Shown: piece after piece, positions 7,081 to 17,223 of the stretch
How the letters are laid out: each line of letters opens with the position of its first letter
How positions within the stretch are numbered: position 1 is the stretch's first letter
Assembly: GCA_029564175.1 (NCBI GenBank)
Contig: JAKQQL010000087.1
Location: 1-27,706 of the forward strand
Direction of reading: 5' to 3'
Length of the DNA stretch: 27,706 bases
DNA from: Candidatus Cloacimonadota bacterium
GTDB lineage: Bacteria > Cloacimonadota > Cloacimonadia > Cloacimonadales > WRIO01
The notes under the pieces: generated by a model
Told to the model about the DNA's origin: nothing
What the model saw: only the letters and a program-made list of their open reading frames with translations
Databases searched by the model: none
Translations under genes and position numbers: made by a program

Positions 7081-7974
7081 ATGGCAGAAATTACGATTGG
7101 TATCGTTACCTATAATCGTCTGGAATTGACCAAACGCTGTCTGGAAAGTCTTTGGTCTAAGACAGATATGCCATTTTATTTGATCATTGCAGACAACTGC
7201 AGCTCAGACGGAACACAGGATTATCTGAAAAGCCAATATGCAAGCGGTAAGATAGACCGACTTATATTACTGGATAAAAATTATGGTGTGGCGACTGCTT
7301 CCAATGTAATATGGGAGCTCGTTCAAACACCCTACTATTTAAAACTGGATAACGATATAGAGGTTTTAAAAGAAAACTGGCTTTCAGAGATGGTTGAAAT
7401 CTGTAAACAGAATAACAACCAGCTCTTTATTGCTTACTCATTTTTAAAACAGCTTTACAATATAAATTACCCGACAGGTATTTTGCCTTCAGGTCATCAG
7501 GTTCAGATCCCTGAAGCCAATATGGGCGGTGCATGTATGCTGATTCACCGATCCATTCAAGAACAGTTGGGCTTTTGGTGCGAAGATTACAGCCCCTATG
7601 GTGAAGAGGATACTGATTATTGCCTCAGAGCCAGACTGGCAGAAATTCCTTTTTTCTATATGCATGAAACTGACCGGTTAAAGCATTTATACTGTCACGC
7701 TTCTGAATCTCATGATTCTACTGCTTACAGAGATTTTAAGAATACCCAGAGAAAGAAACATACCAGAGAAAACGGTTTGTTTTACAATAACTTACTCATG
7801 TATCAATATGAACTGAGATCCCTTAAGATGAAAAGAAAATTTACCAGTTGTTTTAAAAATGAGTATGAGTGTGCGCTTCAACTTAACCGTGAGTATTCTC
7901 ATGAGTTTTCCCTTGCTGTAAAAAAACTGGAACTGATCAAAAATAAGATTCCTGCTGAGAGGATGCCCTTATGA
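7081..7974 (+). CDS. Glycosyltransferase family 2
   Basis: IVTYNR, IADNCSSDGT, LKLDND and EDTDYCLRA motifs; GGAG at 7071-7074 before ATG 7081. Confidence 0.92.
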   Translation: MAEITIGIVTYNRLELTKRCLESLWSKTDMPFYLIIADNCSSDGTQDYLKSQYASGKIDRLILLDKNYGVATASNVIWELVQTPYYLKLDNDIEVLKENWLSEMVEICKQNNNQLFIAYSFLKQLYNINYPTGILPSGHQVQIPEANMGGACMLIHRSIQEQLGFWCEDYSPYGEEDTDYCLRARLAEIPFFYMHETDRLKHLYCHASESHDSTAYRDFKNTQRKKHTRENGLFYNNLLMYQYELRSLKMKRKFTSCFKNEYECALQLNREYSHEFSLAVKKLELIKNKIPAERMPL

Positions 7975-8870
7975 AATTTGCTATTACGATGTGTGTTCCT
8001 TCCTATAGTCGTCAGTTTGCTAATTGGGGTGATGTTTACTTTGCAGAAAGTATGCAGGCAGAATTGTTAAAAATGGGGCATGATTGTCAGATTTATGGAA
8101 TGGATACCTGGAATCAGGTTGCTGCAAACGATATTCATATCCATTTAAGAGGCTTGCATAAATATCCATATCCAAAAGTCAAAAATGCTTATGCATGGAT
8201 TATCAATCATCCGGAATTAATAGATTGCGATAGCTTAAAAGATTACAGGCTGTGTTTTTGTGCTTCAAAACCTTTTACAGAAATCTTAAATCAGAATGGA
8301 ATTGATACGATTTATCTGCCACAAGCAGGAGATTCGACTCATTTTTATCCGATTCAGGGTATCAAAAAGGAGTTTGATGTGCTTTTTGTCGGAAACAATC
8401 ATCAGGCACAGAATAAGCGTGGTCGAAAACTGGTGGAGTATCTGTTGACTATGAAAGGTGATATAAACTACAAGATCGTCGGTGCTGCCTGGAAAGGCTT
8501 AGTACCTGATAAACATATTCTCTGTGAATTTGTGGAGTGGAAAGATTTAAACTGCCTCTATCAGTCAGCTAAAATCGTGTTAAACGATCATCAGGATACG
8601 ATGAGAGATTATTCTTTTATCAATAACAGAACTTTTGATCTGGCGATGGCTCAGCAATTTCAGATCTGTGATGAAATACCGGAACTCGAAGAGCTGGGGA
8701 TAGTAACATGCCGAAGCGCTGTCGATTTACAGGAAAAGATCAGCCTGTATCTATTACAGGATGATTTAATCAGCAGAAATAACAAAATTGTCAGTACATT
8801 ATGCAAAGAATTCAGTTTTGCGGAACGAATGAAACACATTGTCAGATTGGTTAAGGAAAAGAATGGTTAA
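7971..8870 (+). CDS. GT-B glycosyltransferase (CgeB-like, Glyco_trans_1_2 type)
   Basis: WGDVYFAE, DVLFVGN, LYQSAKIVLNDH and FINNRTFD motifs; ATGA coupling to the upstream gene. Confidence 0.85.
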   Translation: MKFAITMCVPSYSRQFANWGDVYFAESMQAELLKMGHDCQIYGMDTWNQVAANDIHIHLRGLHKYPYPKVKNAYAWIINHPELIDCDSLKDYRLCFCASKPFTEILNQNGIDTIYLPQAGDSTHFYPIQGIKKEFDVLFVGNNHQAQNKRGRKLVEYLLTMKGDINYKIVGAAWKGLVPDKHILCEFVEWKDLNCLYQSAKIVLNDHQDTMRDYSFINNRTFDLAMAQQFQICDEIPELEELGIVTCRSAVDLQEKISLYLLQDDLISRNNKIVSTLCKEFSFAERMKHIVRLVKEKNG

Positions 8871-10509
8871 TTTTCTCTTTTATGTAGAGCGGGAGTTTCA
8901 CTTTTACCTGTTCAAAAATCTGATTCAATATATACAGAAACACTCTTTAGGCAGGGTGGCTATTTTATCTCCTCCTTATCAGCCATCTACCATAAAAAGT
9001 CCGAATTATGGGATGAGAAGGGAACTGGCAGGTGATCTCTTATGGCTGGATGAACAAAAATTGTACCGTAAGCTACCAGCTTGCGCAAATCACACTCGTA
9101 CTGCAAGCATCCTGCTTGCAGAAAACAGCTACAAGCAAGATGCTTGTAGTACGGAAGATTGTCAGCTTGCAGAAAACAGCTACAAGCAAGATACTTGTGG
9201 TACGGTAAGCTACAAGCCTGATATCGTCTTTATAGCAGATTCTTCTTATGAAAAAGTAGAAGGAATGGGTTTTATAGTCAATATTGGGCATGGAGTTATT
9301 TGCAAGGGAAGTTTTTTTACTGACAAACCTTTGTCATACAGAGAGAATTGTGCTGATTTATTTTGTGTACCTGGTGTTGTACATGAAAAGATTATGAAGA
9401 AATATCTTATTAATTCTCCTTTAGTGACTGGAATGCCAAAATTAGACTCAGTATTTATGAATACAAAAACACCTGAAGCTGCGAAAAGAGATTTAGGGCT
9501 TAATCCATTGAAAAAGACTTTGTTGATAGCGCCTACCTTTAATCCTGAGTTTAGCTTGATAAATCTGATTGGAGCTGATATCAGGCATTTTATAAGTGAT
9601 GAGTATAATATTATTTTTAAACTGCATGGTGTCAGCCCGATGGAACAGAAAGAACTGCTTCATTCTCTGACTGTTTGTCATGAGGATATTCTCTTATATA
9701 ATGACTATGAAATTGATGATCTGTTTATTGTATCTGATCTGATGATTTCTGATGTATCATCTATTGCCTTTGAATTTATGGCGTTAGGAAAACCCGTTTT
9801 ACTGTATAATTCACCTTTGATGAGTAAACACCCTAAATATGACTTGAATGATATTGAACATCAGTATAGAAAGACATTTCAATGCTTTAGGACACTATCA
9901 GAACTGCCTGATTTAATCAGCCGTTATATTAGTGATACAGATTATCAAAAGCGTATGCAAACAATAGGCAGTCGTTTTATTGGAATCAGGGATGGTTCTT
10001 CCTCACAGTTGGTAGTAGAAACAGCGATAAAACAACTAAATCAGTTGAATAAACGAGTGTTATTGATATCTGATTCAAAAGAGACGCATTTACCTGTTTA
10101 CTGCGATTGTTTGATTTCTCAGGATGTAATGAATACTCATATCCCATCTAAGTATGCGTATATTATTGTAAAACAGGGTGTTAAAAGAGAAACTCCAAAT
10201 CTGATCCGATATTTGTATCATGCACTCAATCGTTTTCAAAATACGATTGTGATGCCTTTCTCTTATGAGCCTGATTCGGGAGACCTGTTTATTGGTAAAC
10301 ATATACCTGAAACAGCCAATATGACTTTTGATCAGATTCAAACAGCACTGAGTTACAGATATTCTGGTTGTTATTCTGAAACAACCGGCCTGAATGAAAA
10401 ATGCTTTGCTTTTCTTAATCATGGTGAGAGTTATACGGTTTCAGATTATCTCAATTCCGCTACGGAACTCAGGCAGATGAAGCTTATCTTTGAGGCGATG
10501 ATTGACTAA
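8863..10509 (+). CDS. CDP-glycerol glycerophosphotransferase (TagF/TagB-like) family protein with an in-frame REP-derived insertion
   Basis: NIGHG..KG, TGMPKLD, LIAPTF, KLHG and SDLMISDVSSIAFEFMALGKPV motifs; AAGGA RBS before ATG 8863. Confidence 0.85.
   Translation: MVNFLFYVEREFHFYLFKNLIQYIQKHSLGRVAILSPPYQPSTIKSPNYGMRRELAGDLLWLDEQKLYRKLPACANHTRTASILLAENSYKQDACSTEDCQLAENSYKQDTCGTVSYKPDIVFIADSSYEKVEGMGFIVNIGHGVICKGSFFTDKPLSYRENCADLFCVPGVVHEKIMKKYLINSPLVTGMPKLDSVFMNTKTPEAAKRDLGLNPLKKTLLIAPTFNPEFSLINLIGADIRHFISDEYNIIFKLHGVSPMEQKELLHSLTVCHEDILLYNDYEIDDLFIVSDLMISDVSSIAFEFMALGKPVLLYNSPLMSKHPKYDLNDIEHQYRKTFQCFRTLSELPDLISRYISDTDYQKRMQTIGSRFIGIRDGSSSQLVVETAIKQLNQLNKRVLLISDSKETHLPVYCDCLISQDVMNTHIPSKYAYIIVKQGVKRETPNLIRYLYHALNRFQNTIVMPFSYEPDSGDLFIGKHIPETANMTFDQIQTALSYRYSGCYSETTGLNEKCFAFLNHGESYTVSDYLNSATELRQMKLIFEAMID
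9063..9205. repeat. Intragenic REP cluster
   Basis: GTACCGTAAGCTACCAGCTTGCG (9063-9085); GTACTGCAAGCATCCTGCTTGCAG (9098-9121); reverse-oriented CTACAAGCAAGATGCTTGTAGTAC (9129-9152) and CTACAAGCAAGATACTTGTGGTAC (9180-9203); 41-bp direct repeat with 51-bp period. Confidence 0.88.
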
Positions 10510-10517
10510 ATAATTCG

Positions 10518-11060
10518 TTAATACCTCACTCCAATAAAGATAAGTGGAGGATAGTAGAAAAAACGATTATCTCCTTTTTTGGACATTTCAATGAAGCTAT
10601 CCGGTTTATTCCCCGCATATAATGCAAATCCAAAAGGCCATTGGATATTGACATAAGCATTTTGATTAAGTAATTGGAAATCATATAAATATCCTACCCT
10701 AAACTCATTCCAAACATCAAAGCTTTTGTATCGTTTCTGCTCATTGGATTCGTAAAAATTATCATAAATAGGCCAGATTTGATATTCTGCATGAATATTT
10801 TCTGAGAAATATCTTCGATATCCCAGAATTATCCCACCTGCGTCTGTATGCCCGCAATCGTACTTAATCTTCATATAGACAGGACCGGTTATGAATTCAT
10901 TTTTCGAATCAGTCATATGACTTAGATGAACGGCATAAATATTCATCAGGGGTGATAGAGGCGATATCTCTATGGCATTTGCTGGCTTTTGTAGGTTTTC
11001 TTGTGTATATAAACTTGCATATACACCGAATAGAATGAATAATATCATCATTCTAATCAT
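10518..11060 (-). CDS. Exported hypothetical protein, possible small outer-membrane beta-barrel
   Basis: Signal peptide; aromatic-rich alternating strands; C-terminal FIGVRY; ATGA-coupled to the flavodoxin gene. Confidence 0.75.
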   Translation of the reverse strand: MIRMMILFILFGVYASLYTQENLQKPANAIEISPLSPLMNIYAVHLSHMTDSKNEFITGPVYMKIKYDCGHTDAGGIILGYRRYFSENIHAEYQIWPIYDNFYESNEQKRYKSFDVWNEFRVGYLYDFQLLNQNAYVNIQWPFGFALYAGNKPDSFIEMSKKGDNRFFYYPPLIFIGVRY

Positions 11061-11650
11061 TGTTTAGCCTCTGCTTTTTGAACAAAAGAATCTGTCCATG
11101 CTTCGATTGCTTTCCAGTCTCTTTTATCTTCTTCTTTTGCACCTACCATTTTAGATATCAATCTTTGAAAGAAATTCAGCTTAGAAAAATCCATTCTGCC
11201 TAAAAAACGTCCTTCCATAATAGGTTGAACGAGTTTTCTTTCTTTTTCCAAATATTGATTGATTTGTTGAAGGCTTTTCTCATCTGTTTTGTCAAATGAC
11301 ATTCCTACTGAAAAGTAGGCTACCGGTATCGATTTCAATGAGTTCTGGTTTTGCTCGATGAAACGGCTTGCTTCTTTATTCCATTTGCCCATATAGATGG
11401 AAGAACCCACGATTACTGCCTGATAGTTTTTTAAATTAACCTGTTTACCGGCTGTTATGAGATCAACAGTACAGCCCTTTTTCTCTATACATTTCTTCAT
11501 AAATGTGGCAATTTCAGATGTTGTACCGGTTTTTGAACTGTAAATCAGTGCTACTTTCATTTGTTTTTCTCCTTTTTCATTGTTTTTACAAAAGATTAAC
11601 TGACTTGTGACTAATATCGCTATAGTCAAAATGATGACTTTAATCTTCAT
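11057..11650 (-). CDS. Flavodoxin-domain protein (HemG/Flavodoxin_5-like) with N-terminal hydrophobic leader
   Basis: IYSSKTGTTSEIA FMN loop; VIVGSSIYMGKW, AYFSVG and RDWKAIEAW motifs. Confidence 0.9.
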   Translation of the reverse strand: MKIKVIILTIAILVTSQLIFCKNNEKGEKQMKVALIYSSKTGTTSEIATFMKKCIEKKGCTVDLITAGKQVNLKNYQAVIVGSSIYMGKWNKEASRFIEQNQNSLKSIPVAYFSVGMSFDKTDEKSLQQINQYLEKERKLVQPIMEGRFLGRMDFSKLNFFQRLISKMVGAKEEDKRDWKAIEAWTDSFVQKAEAKQ

Positions 11651-12260
11651 TTTTTACTCCTGTATGTATGTTGTTTAATTGATTTAGAAAATTTTTCATA
11701 ATATTTTCACAATTAGTTTCTACCATTTTGGTAAAATCTGATTCTTTTTCGTAAGTAATACGGGCAGAAATATTTATACATAGTTCACCATGCAGGTATC
11801 GATGTAAAATTCTGCTGATTTCATACGAATTTTCAATAGTTTTTAACTGAGGAAATATATCTAACAACATATTTGCAAGATTTTGTCCGGGTAATAATAA
11901 TAGAGGCTTAATCTTTTCCGGAATATCTTTACTCATTGGATCAAACCAAATCAGCTTATACCAGGCAGTATGAGTCAAAGAATATATTGTCAGATTTTTA
12001 AAGAAACAGTTAAATCGTTGCCACTGATCTGGACTCGTTTCTAAAGCTGACAAAACGGTACTTACCATATCTTTAAGTGCATAAACCAAACAATCCCATC
12101 GCAATTCATCTAAGTCTGAATAGTAGTTGTAGATATTCGGATGAGAGCAGTTAAGAGACTTAGCAATGTCTCTGATTGTAATGTTTTGAGAACCGTTTTT
12201 TTCAATGATCAGATTCATTGTTGTTTCAATAATGATTTCTTTATTAAGGTTTTTTTTCAT
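11640..12260 (-). CDS. TetR/AcrR family transcriptional regulator
   Basis: HTH ITIRDIAKSLNCSHPNIYNYY. Confidence 0.93.
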   Translation of the reverse strand: MKKNLNKEIIIETTMNLIIEKNGSQNITIRDIAKSLNCSHPNIYNYYSDLDELRWDCLVYALKDMVSTVLSALETSPDQWQRFNCFFKNLTIYSLTHTAWYKLIWFDPMSKDIPEKIKPLLLLPGQNLANMLLDIFPQLKTIENSYEISRILHRYLHGELCINISARITYEKESDFTKMVETNCENIMKNFLNQLNNIHTGVKNED

Positions 12261-12274
12261 ATCATTCCTTTAAG

Positions 12275-12319
12275 TTACCAATGGTAATTACATTTGGTAA
12301 TAAAGAATGATTATGTCAA
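12275..12319 (-). promoter_or_regulatory. tetR promoter with tandem palindromic operators
   Basis: TTACCAATGGTAA (12275-12287) directly followed by TTACATTTGGTAA (12288-12300); TTGACA -35 on the minus strand at 12319-12314. Confidence 0.7.
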
Positions 12320-12397
12320 GAAGTTTTTTTTAAAATGTTTAAAAAAATGCTTATAAAAGTGATTTCTACTTAATATCAAAAAAATTGAGAAAAAAGC

Positions 12398-12426
12398 TTG
12401 CCAAAAAACTAAAAATAACTTATTCT
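12398..12426 (+). promoter_or_regulatory. Sigma70-like promoter for the TPR histidine kinase
   Basis: TTGCCA-17 bp-TATTCT. Confidence 0.55.
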
Positions 12427-12450
12427 ATTATTAAGAAATGAAGGTTGCAT

Positions 12451-14319
12451 ATGATAAAAGATTATGATTTAATGTTATCAGCATACGAAGAAGAAAAAAA
12501 TCCCTTAAAAAAAGCAAGAAAAGGGAAACTGATTGCGGATAAGTTATGGAGTAATGGTGAATATCAGAAATGCAGGGATCTATGTGATGAATGTCTTGCA
12601 TTGTTAGAATTTACAGACGATTTATCAGCAGATCCAGATCTTGAATTTGATATATTGACTACTATCGGAATCAGCTATAATGTGCAGGGAAATCATCTGA
12701 AAGCCAGAGATATTTTTGATAAAGCCTTAACAATTGGAAAAGAAAAGAATAACTATCAGCTAATTCTTAAAAGTTATATCAATATTGGCAATTCTGATTA
12801 TTACCTTATGAATTATGAGAGTGCGCTTGATTTGTATTTTAATGCCGTCATGATATCTGAGCAACAGAAAACATATAGTATGTTACCAAAACTGTATAAT
12901 AATATAGGCAATGTGCTAATGGCTTTAACAAACTACGATGAAGCCCTTGATTACTTTAAAAAATCTCTTCATGAGAAAATGAAAACTCAAAACAAAGCTG
13001 ATATTGCCAACAGTATGGCTAATATTGCCAATGTATATACAAAAAAACAGGATTTTATTCAGGCCTTATCCTATTATAAGGGCGCCTTAAAGCTTTTTAA
13101 AGAAGAAAATTGTATTCACAACATCTCTTTCGTTTATATCAATCTTGCTGAAATTTATCTGTATAAGAAAGAATACGCAAAAGCAGTCCGATATTTACTG
13201 CAGTCTTTGGAGATAAATAAGCAGATAGACAATCAGAAGAATCTTTATCATACATACAACACACTTGGTCGTGTCTATTTTGATATTCAAGATCTAGAAT
13301 CAGCTGAAAAATGTTTTGATATCATTCTGAAAAACAAAGAAGAGCTACAAGACAAGAAGATTTACTTATCTTTTTTGTATAATTACGCTTGCTTACAGAT
13401 CGCTAAAGGTAACAGTAAATTGGCATTACAATATCTTGACGAATATGAAACAATGAATTATCAGGTATTTAATGAAGATATGGCTGCCCAAATTGCCAGT
13501 ATGAGAACTAAGTTTGACTATGAACAAAAACAAAATGAAGTTGATTTGTATCGAATCAGAAATATCGAACTTCTGGAAGCTAAAAATCAAATCGAACAGC
13601 AAAAAGAGGAACTGATTCAGCTCAATCAGTCAAAAGATGCAATTTTGAATATAGTTTCTCATGATCTCAAAAATACATTAGGCTCAATAGTTACTTCTAT
13701 TGATTTGTTAGCTAATGAAGTCAATGATGAAGGGACAAATCGATTTCTTGATATAATCAAAGATTCAAGTGAAAAAGCGATTAAACTGGTAAAGGATATT
13801 TTGGAAGCGAACCGAATTGAAATGGTAAATTATCAGCTTGATTTGGAATATTTTAACATCAGTGATGTGATATTATCCTATCGTATTCAATTTCAAAATA
13901 TTGTAGCATTGAAAAGAATAAAACTAATTTTTGAAACATCAAAAGAGGCATTAAACTGTAAAATTAACATTGATAAGTTCTGGCAAATATTACATAATGT
14001 CTTTTCAAACGCAGTCAAATATTCCTATTTTGATGGCGAAGTCTTTATTCGTACTTCGAAAGTGTTTGAGAATGGAGAGCCTTATGCACTGATTGAAGTC
14101 GAAGATCAGGGTGTTGGAATCCCCCAGAATATGATTCCTGTTCTCTTTGAAAAATTTTCACCGGCAAGTCGAAAAGGAACAGCAGGTGAAGGCTCAACCG
14201 GACTGGGTTTATCAATCGTTAAAAGGCTGGTTGAATTACATAATGGATTTGTCAGGGTCAGTTCTGTTGAAAAAAAAGGTACAACCTTTATGATATATTT
14301 GCCTTTAACTTATTACTAA
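12451..14319 (+). CDS. Cytoplasmic TPR-repeat sensor histidine kinase
   Basis: Multiple TPRs; H-box VSHDLKN, N-box NVFSNAVKY, G1 EDQGVGIP, G2 STGLGLSIVK; no TM segment. Confidence 0.94.
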   Translation: MIKDYDLMLSAYEEEKNPLKKARKGKLIADKLWSNGEYQKCRDLCDECLALLEFTDDLSADPDLEFDILTTIGISYNVQGNHLKARDIFDKALTIGKEKNNYQLILKSYINIGNSDYYLMNYESALDLYFNAVMISEQQKTYSMLPKLYNNIGNVLMALTNYDEALDYFKKSLHEKMKTQNKADIANSMANIANVYTKKQDFIQALSYYKGALKLFKEENCIHNISFVYINLAEIYLYKKEYAKAVRYLLQSLEINKQIDNQKNLYHTYNTLGRVYFDIQDLESAEKCFDIILKNKEELQDKKIYLSFLYNYACLQIAKGNSKLALQYLDEYETMNYQVFNEDMAAQIASMRTKFDYEQKQNEVDLYRIRNIELLEAKNQIEQQKEELIQLNQSKDAILNIVSHDLKNTLGSIVTSIDLLANEVNDEGTNRFLDIIKDSSEKAIKLVKDILEANRIEMVNYQLDLEYFNISDVILSYRIQFQNIVALKRIKLIFETSKEALNCKINIDKFWQILHNVFSNAVKYSYFDGEVFIRTSKVFENGEPYALIEVEDQGVGIPQNMIPVLFEKFSPASRKGTAGEGSTGLGLSIVKRLVELHNGFVRVSSVEKKGTTFMIYLPLTYY

Positions 14320-14423
14320 GTAGTAAAATATGAAATTATTCATACAAATTATTAAAAAAAAATTGACAAAATCATTCCTTTCTGTAATACTTAATACAGG
14401 TCTATAAAAAAGGAGTGTGTGTA

Positions 14424-15173
14424 ATGAAAAAATTAGTAATGATGTTAATGACAGGGTTAATGTTCTGTGCCCTTTATTCACAGATGCTAAACATTGTAAC
14501 CGAAGAGTATCCACCTTACAACTATACTCAAAATGGTAAGGTAACAGGAGTCTCAACAGAAGTTGTAGAAGCTGTTTTAGAAGTAAGTGGTCTTAAAGGA
14601 AAAATTGCTGTTTATCCCTGGAAAAGAGCTTATGTCATGGCTGAGAATGATCCAAATACTTTAATTTATTCAATGGGCAGAACCCCTGAAAGGGAGGCAA
14701 AGTTTAAATGGGTTGGCGTGGTAGCGCCTTATGATGTTTATCTTTTCTCTTTAAATAGTCGTAAAGATATTCACATAAAAACCCTTGATGATGCCAAGAA
14801 ATACAAAAGTGGAACGACACAAAATGATGCCAGAGAACAATATTTGATTAAGAAGGGCTTCAAAGTTGGAGATCATATTGATAATTCTGCCACCAATGCC
14901 CAAAATCTTGAAAAATTATTGATTAACCGTATTGATTTATGGCCTATTGCTGAATTAGTCGCTAATCAAATGGTAAAAGATAAAGGGATGGATCCTGATA
15001 AGACCCTTGCTAAGTCTTTTCATATTATAGATTTATCTTCTGATGGACTCTATATGGCTTTTAGTTTATCCACTTCGGATGAGGTGGTTAAAAAGTTTAA
15101 AGATGGACTGGCAAAGATTAAAAAAGATGGGACATATCAAAGGATTTTAAAAAAGTATAATATCAAAATGTAA
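14424..15173 (+). CDS. Family 3 (polar amino acid type) substrate-binding protein
   Basis: Signal peptide; [21 protein letters not shown] and [13 protein letters not shown] motifs; AGGAG RBS at 14411-14415. Confidence 0.9.
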   Translation: MKKLVMMLMTGLMFCALYSQMLNIVTEEYPPYNYTQNGKVTGVSTEVVEAVLEVSGLKGKIAVYPWKRAYVMAENDPNTLIYSMGRTPEREAKFKWVGVVAPYDVYLFSLNSRKDIHIKTLDDAKKYKSGTTQNDAREQYLIKKGFKVGDHIDNSATNAQNLEKLLINRIDLWPIAELVANQMVKDKGMDPDKTLAKSFHIIDLSSDGLYMAFSLSTSDEVVKKFKDGLAKIKKDGTYQRILKKYNIKM

Positions 15174-15196
15174 AAATAACGAAAAAAGGCGGGATT

Positions 15197-17101
15197 ATGA
15201 AAAATTCATCAATTTCTGTGAGGATTATCGTAGGGTTGGTAGTGATTGTAGTACTTGTATTGGGGATATCAGGTACCGTTAACATCGTATCTGCACGGAG
15301 TTCTCTAAACAAGGATTTACAGGAACGTGTTGTTCAGCTTTCAGAAAGATTGGCTGTTCAGATGGCTTCTTATGTATGGGATCTGAATAATGCCGGTGCT
15401 GAAAATGTTTTAATGTTTGAATTTAAAGATGAAAGTCTTGCCGGTATTGAGATTGTTACTACAGATGGATCAAAATTTATTTCTCTGATAAGAAATGAAA
15501 AATGGGAAGCGAGTGCAGGAGAATTATCCGAAACATTTAAGAAAGAAAACGATATTGTTAATACTTCTGATGTGATTCGAGATGATAATAGTATTGCAAA
15601 AGTAAGCGTTTATTTTACTAATGATTTCGTTAATAAAGAAATAGCCAGAGAAATCTTTAAAAATATCATTCAAATTATAATCTTAATTTTAATTATTGTA
15701 CTTTCTCTGCTTTATATGGTAAAAGTAATTATCACAAAACCACTGAAAGAACTGCTTTTCAGATTTGAAAGTGTATCCAAAGGAGAAGCTGATTTGACTT
15801 GTCGGATTGAAACTCATAGTCATGATGAAATTGGTCAGCTGGCAGATTGCTTTAATCAGTTTGTATGTAATCTGCATGCCATCATTGAAAAAGTAGTTGT
15901 CACAAATAAATCTGTATTACAGGAAGTGTTTGCTTTGACAAATATTTCTGAAAAATTGGTTGAAAATGCCAGTAGTGTCAAGATTCAGTCTGGCAGTGTA
16001 TCAGCAGCAGTTGAAGAAATTAGTGCTAACGGATCATCCATTGCAGATTCAACGAATGATGCTTCTCAGACTGTCAGTAACAGTACTCAGGTCTCCAACC
16101 AGATTGCAGGAGATATGAAAGATGTGGCTACAGCGGTTCAGAATATTACTTATAATATTAAAGATATGAATAATTTTATTCAATCCGTTTTTGGAAATGT
16201 AGAGAAGATTAACCATAATATCAATGAAGTTGTAACAGGGGTTAATAACTCAGCAGCTGCAATTGAACAGATGAGCGCTTCACTATCTGAAATCTCAGTT
16301 AATATGCAAAAAGCAAACAATATTAGTAAAGAAGCGGATGTTCAGTCAATAGACACGATGAAAATGATGCAGGAATTGCAGAAATCTGCACAGGAAATCG
16401 GTAAAATTGTGGATGTGATCAATACCATTGCTGATCAGACAAATATGCTGGCGTTAAATGCTACCATTGAGGCTGCTTCTGCTGGTGAAGCCGGAAAAGG
16501 ATTTGCAGTTGTGGCAAATGAAGTAAAAGCACTGGCAAAACAAACAGGTGAAGCAACAGATAGAATCGCTCAACAGATAGATAATGTTCAGTTAAAAACT
16601 AAAAATGCAGTAGAATCCATGACCCTCATTTCTAATACTGTCAGAGAATTATATGAAATCAGTAATGGAATTGCTTTAAGCGTTGAACAGCAAAGTGCTG
16701 CAACGAATGAAATATCTGTCTCTGTAGCCAGAGCAGCCGATAGTTCAAAATCTGTATCAAGCTTTGCTTCTGATATTCGAGATTCAATGCAGCAATTAAG
16801 TCATAATGCAGAAAAAGTATTAGGCACAACTCAAACTATTAGTAATAAAACTAATCAGGCTGCTGAATCAACCAATAATTTTGCCAAAACAACTCAAAAT
16901 ATCAATAACCTGGTTTCTGATATCGCCAGAAATACACAAGAAATTACATTTGGTCTTAATGAAATCTCTCAAAATGTCAATAATATGAGTCAGCTTTCTG
17001 ATCAAAATTCATCAATTGCTGAAGAAATGAAAGATAGCTCAGAAAAATTAAAAACCGATATCCAGGAAATGGATGAGATGGTAAGCAAATTCAAGCTTTA
17101 A
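15197..17101 (+). CDS. Methyl-accepting chemotaxis protein (2 TM, HAMP, long signalling domain)
   Basis: [15 protein letters not shown]; hairpin [37 protein letters not shown]. Confidence 0.96.
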   Translation: MKNSSISVRIIVGLVVIVVLVLGISGTVNIVSARSSLNKDLQERVVQLSERLAVQMASYVWDLNNAGAENVLMFEFKDESLAGIEIVTTDGSKFISLIRNEKWEASAGELSETFKKENDIVNTSDVIRDDNSIAKVSVYFTNDFVNKEIAREIFKNIIQIIILILIIVLSLLYMVKVIITKPLKELLFRFESVSKGEADLTCRIETHSHDEIGQLADCFNQFVCNLHAIIEKVVVTNKSVLQEVFALTNISEKLVENASSVKIQSGSVSAAVEEISANGSSIADSTNDASQTVSNSTQVSNQIAGDMKDVATAVQNITYNIKDMNNFIQSVFGNVEKINHNINEVVTGVNNSAAAIEQMSASLSEISVNMQKANNISKEADVQSIDTMKMMQELQKSAQEIGKIVDVINTIADQTNMLALNATIEAASAGEAGKGFAVVANEVKALAKQTGEATDRIAQQIDNVQLKTKNAVESMTLISNTVRELYEISNGIALSVEQQSAATNEISVSVARAADSSKSVSSFASDIRDSMQQLSHNAEKVLGTTQTISNKTNQAAESTNNFAKTTQNINNLVSDIARNTQEITFGLNEISQNVNNMSQLSDQNSSIAEEMKDSSEKLKTDIQEMDEMVSKFKL

Positions 17102-17115
17102 CCAGTTGAAACATT

Positions 17116-17147
17116 AAAAAAAGGGTGCTTTGAAAGCACCCTTTTTT
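17116..17147. terminator. Bidirectional intrinsic terminator
   Basis: AAAAAAAGGGTGCTTTGAAAGCACCCTTTTTT between convergent genes. Confidence 0.9.
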
Positions 17148-17223
17148 ATTTGTAGTTTACTTACAAAAGTTTAAAAGCTTCAATCTATTACTTGAACTTG
17201 AAATCATGTTTGATTTCTTCATT

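Noticed and set aside
9114..9205. CRISPR or protein-level repeat domain
   Set aside because: Spacer is only 10 nt, and the units are DNA palindromes shared with the intergenic REPs
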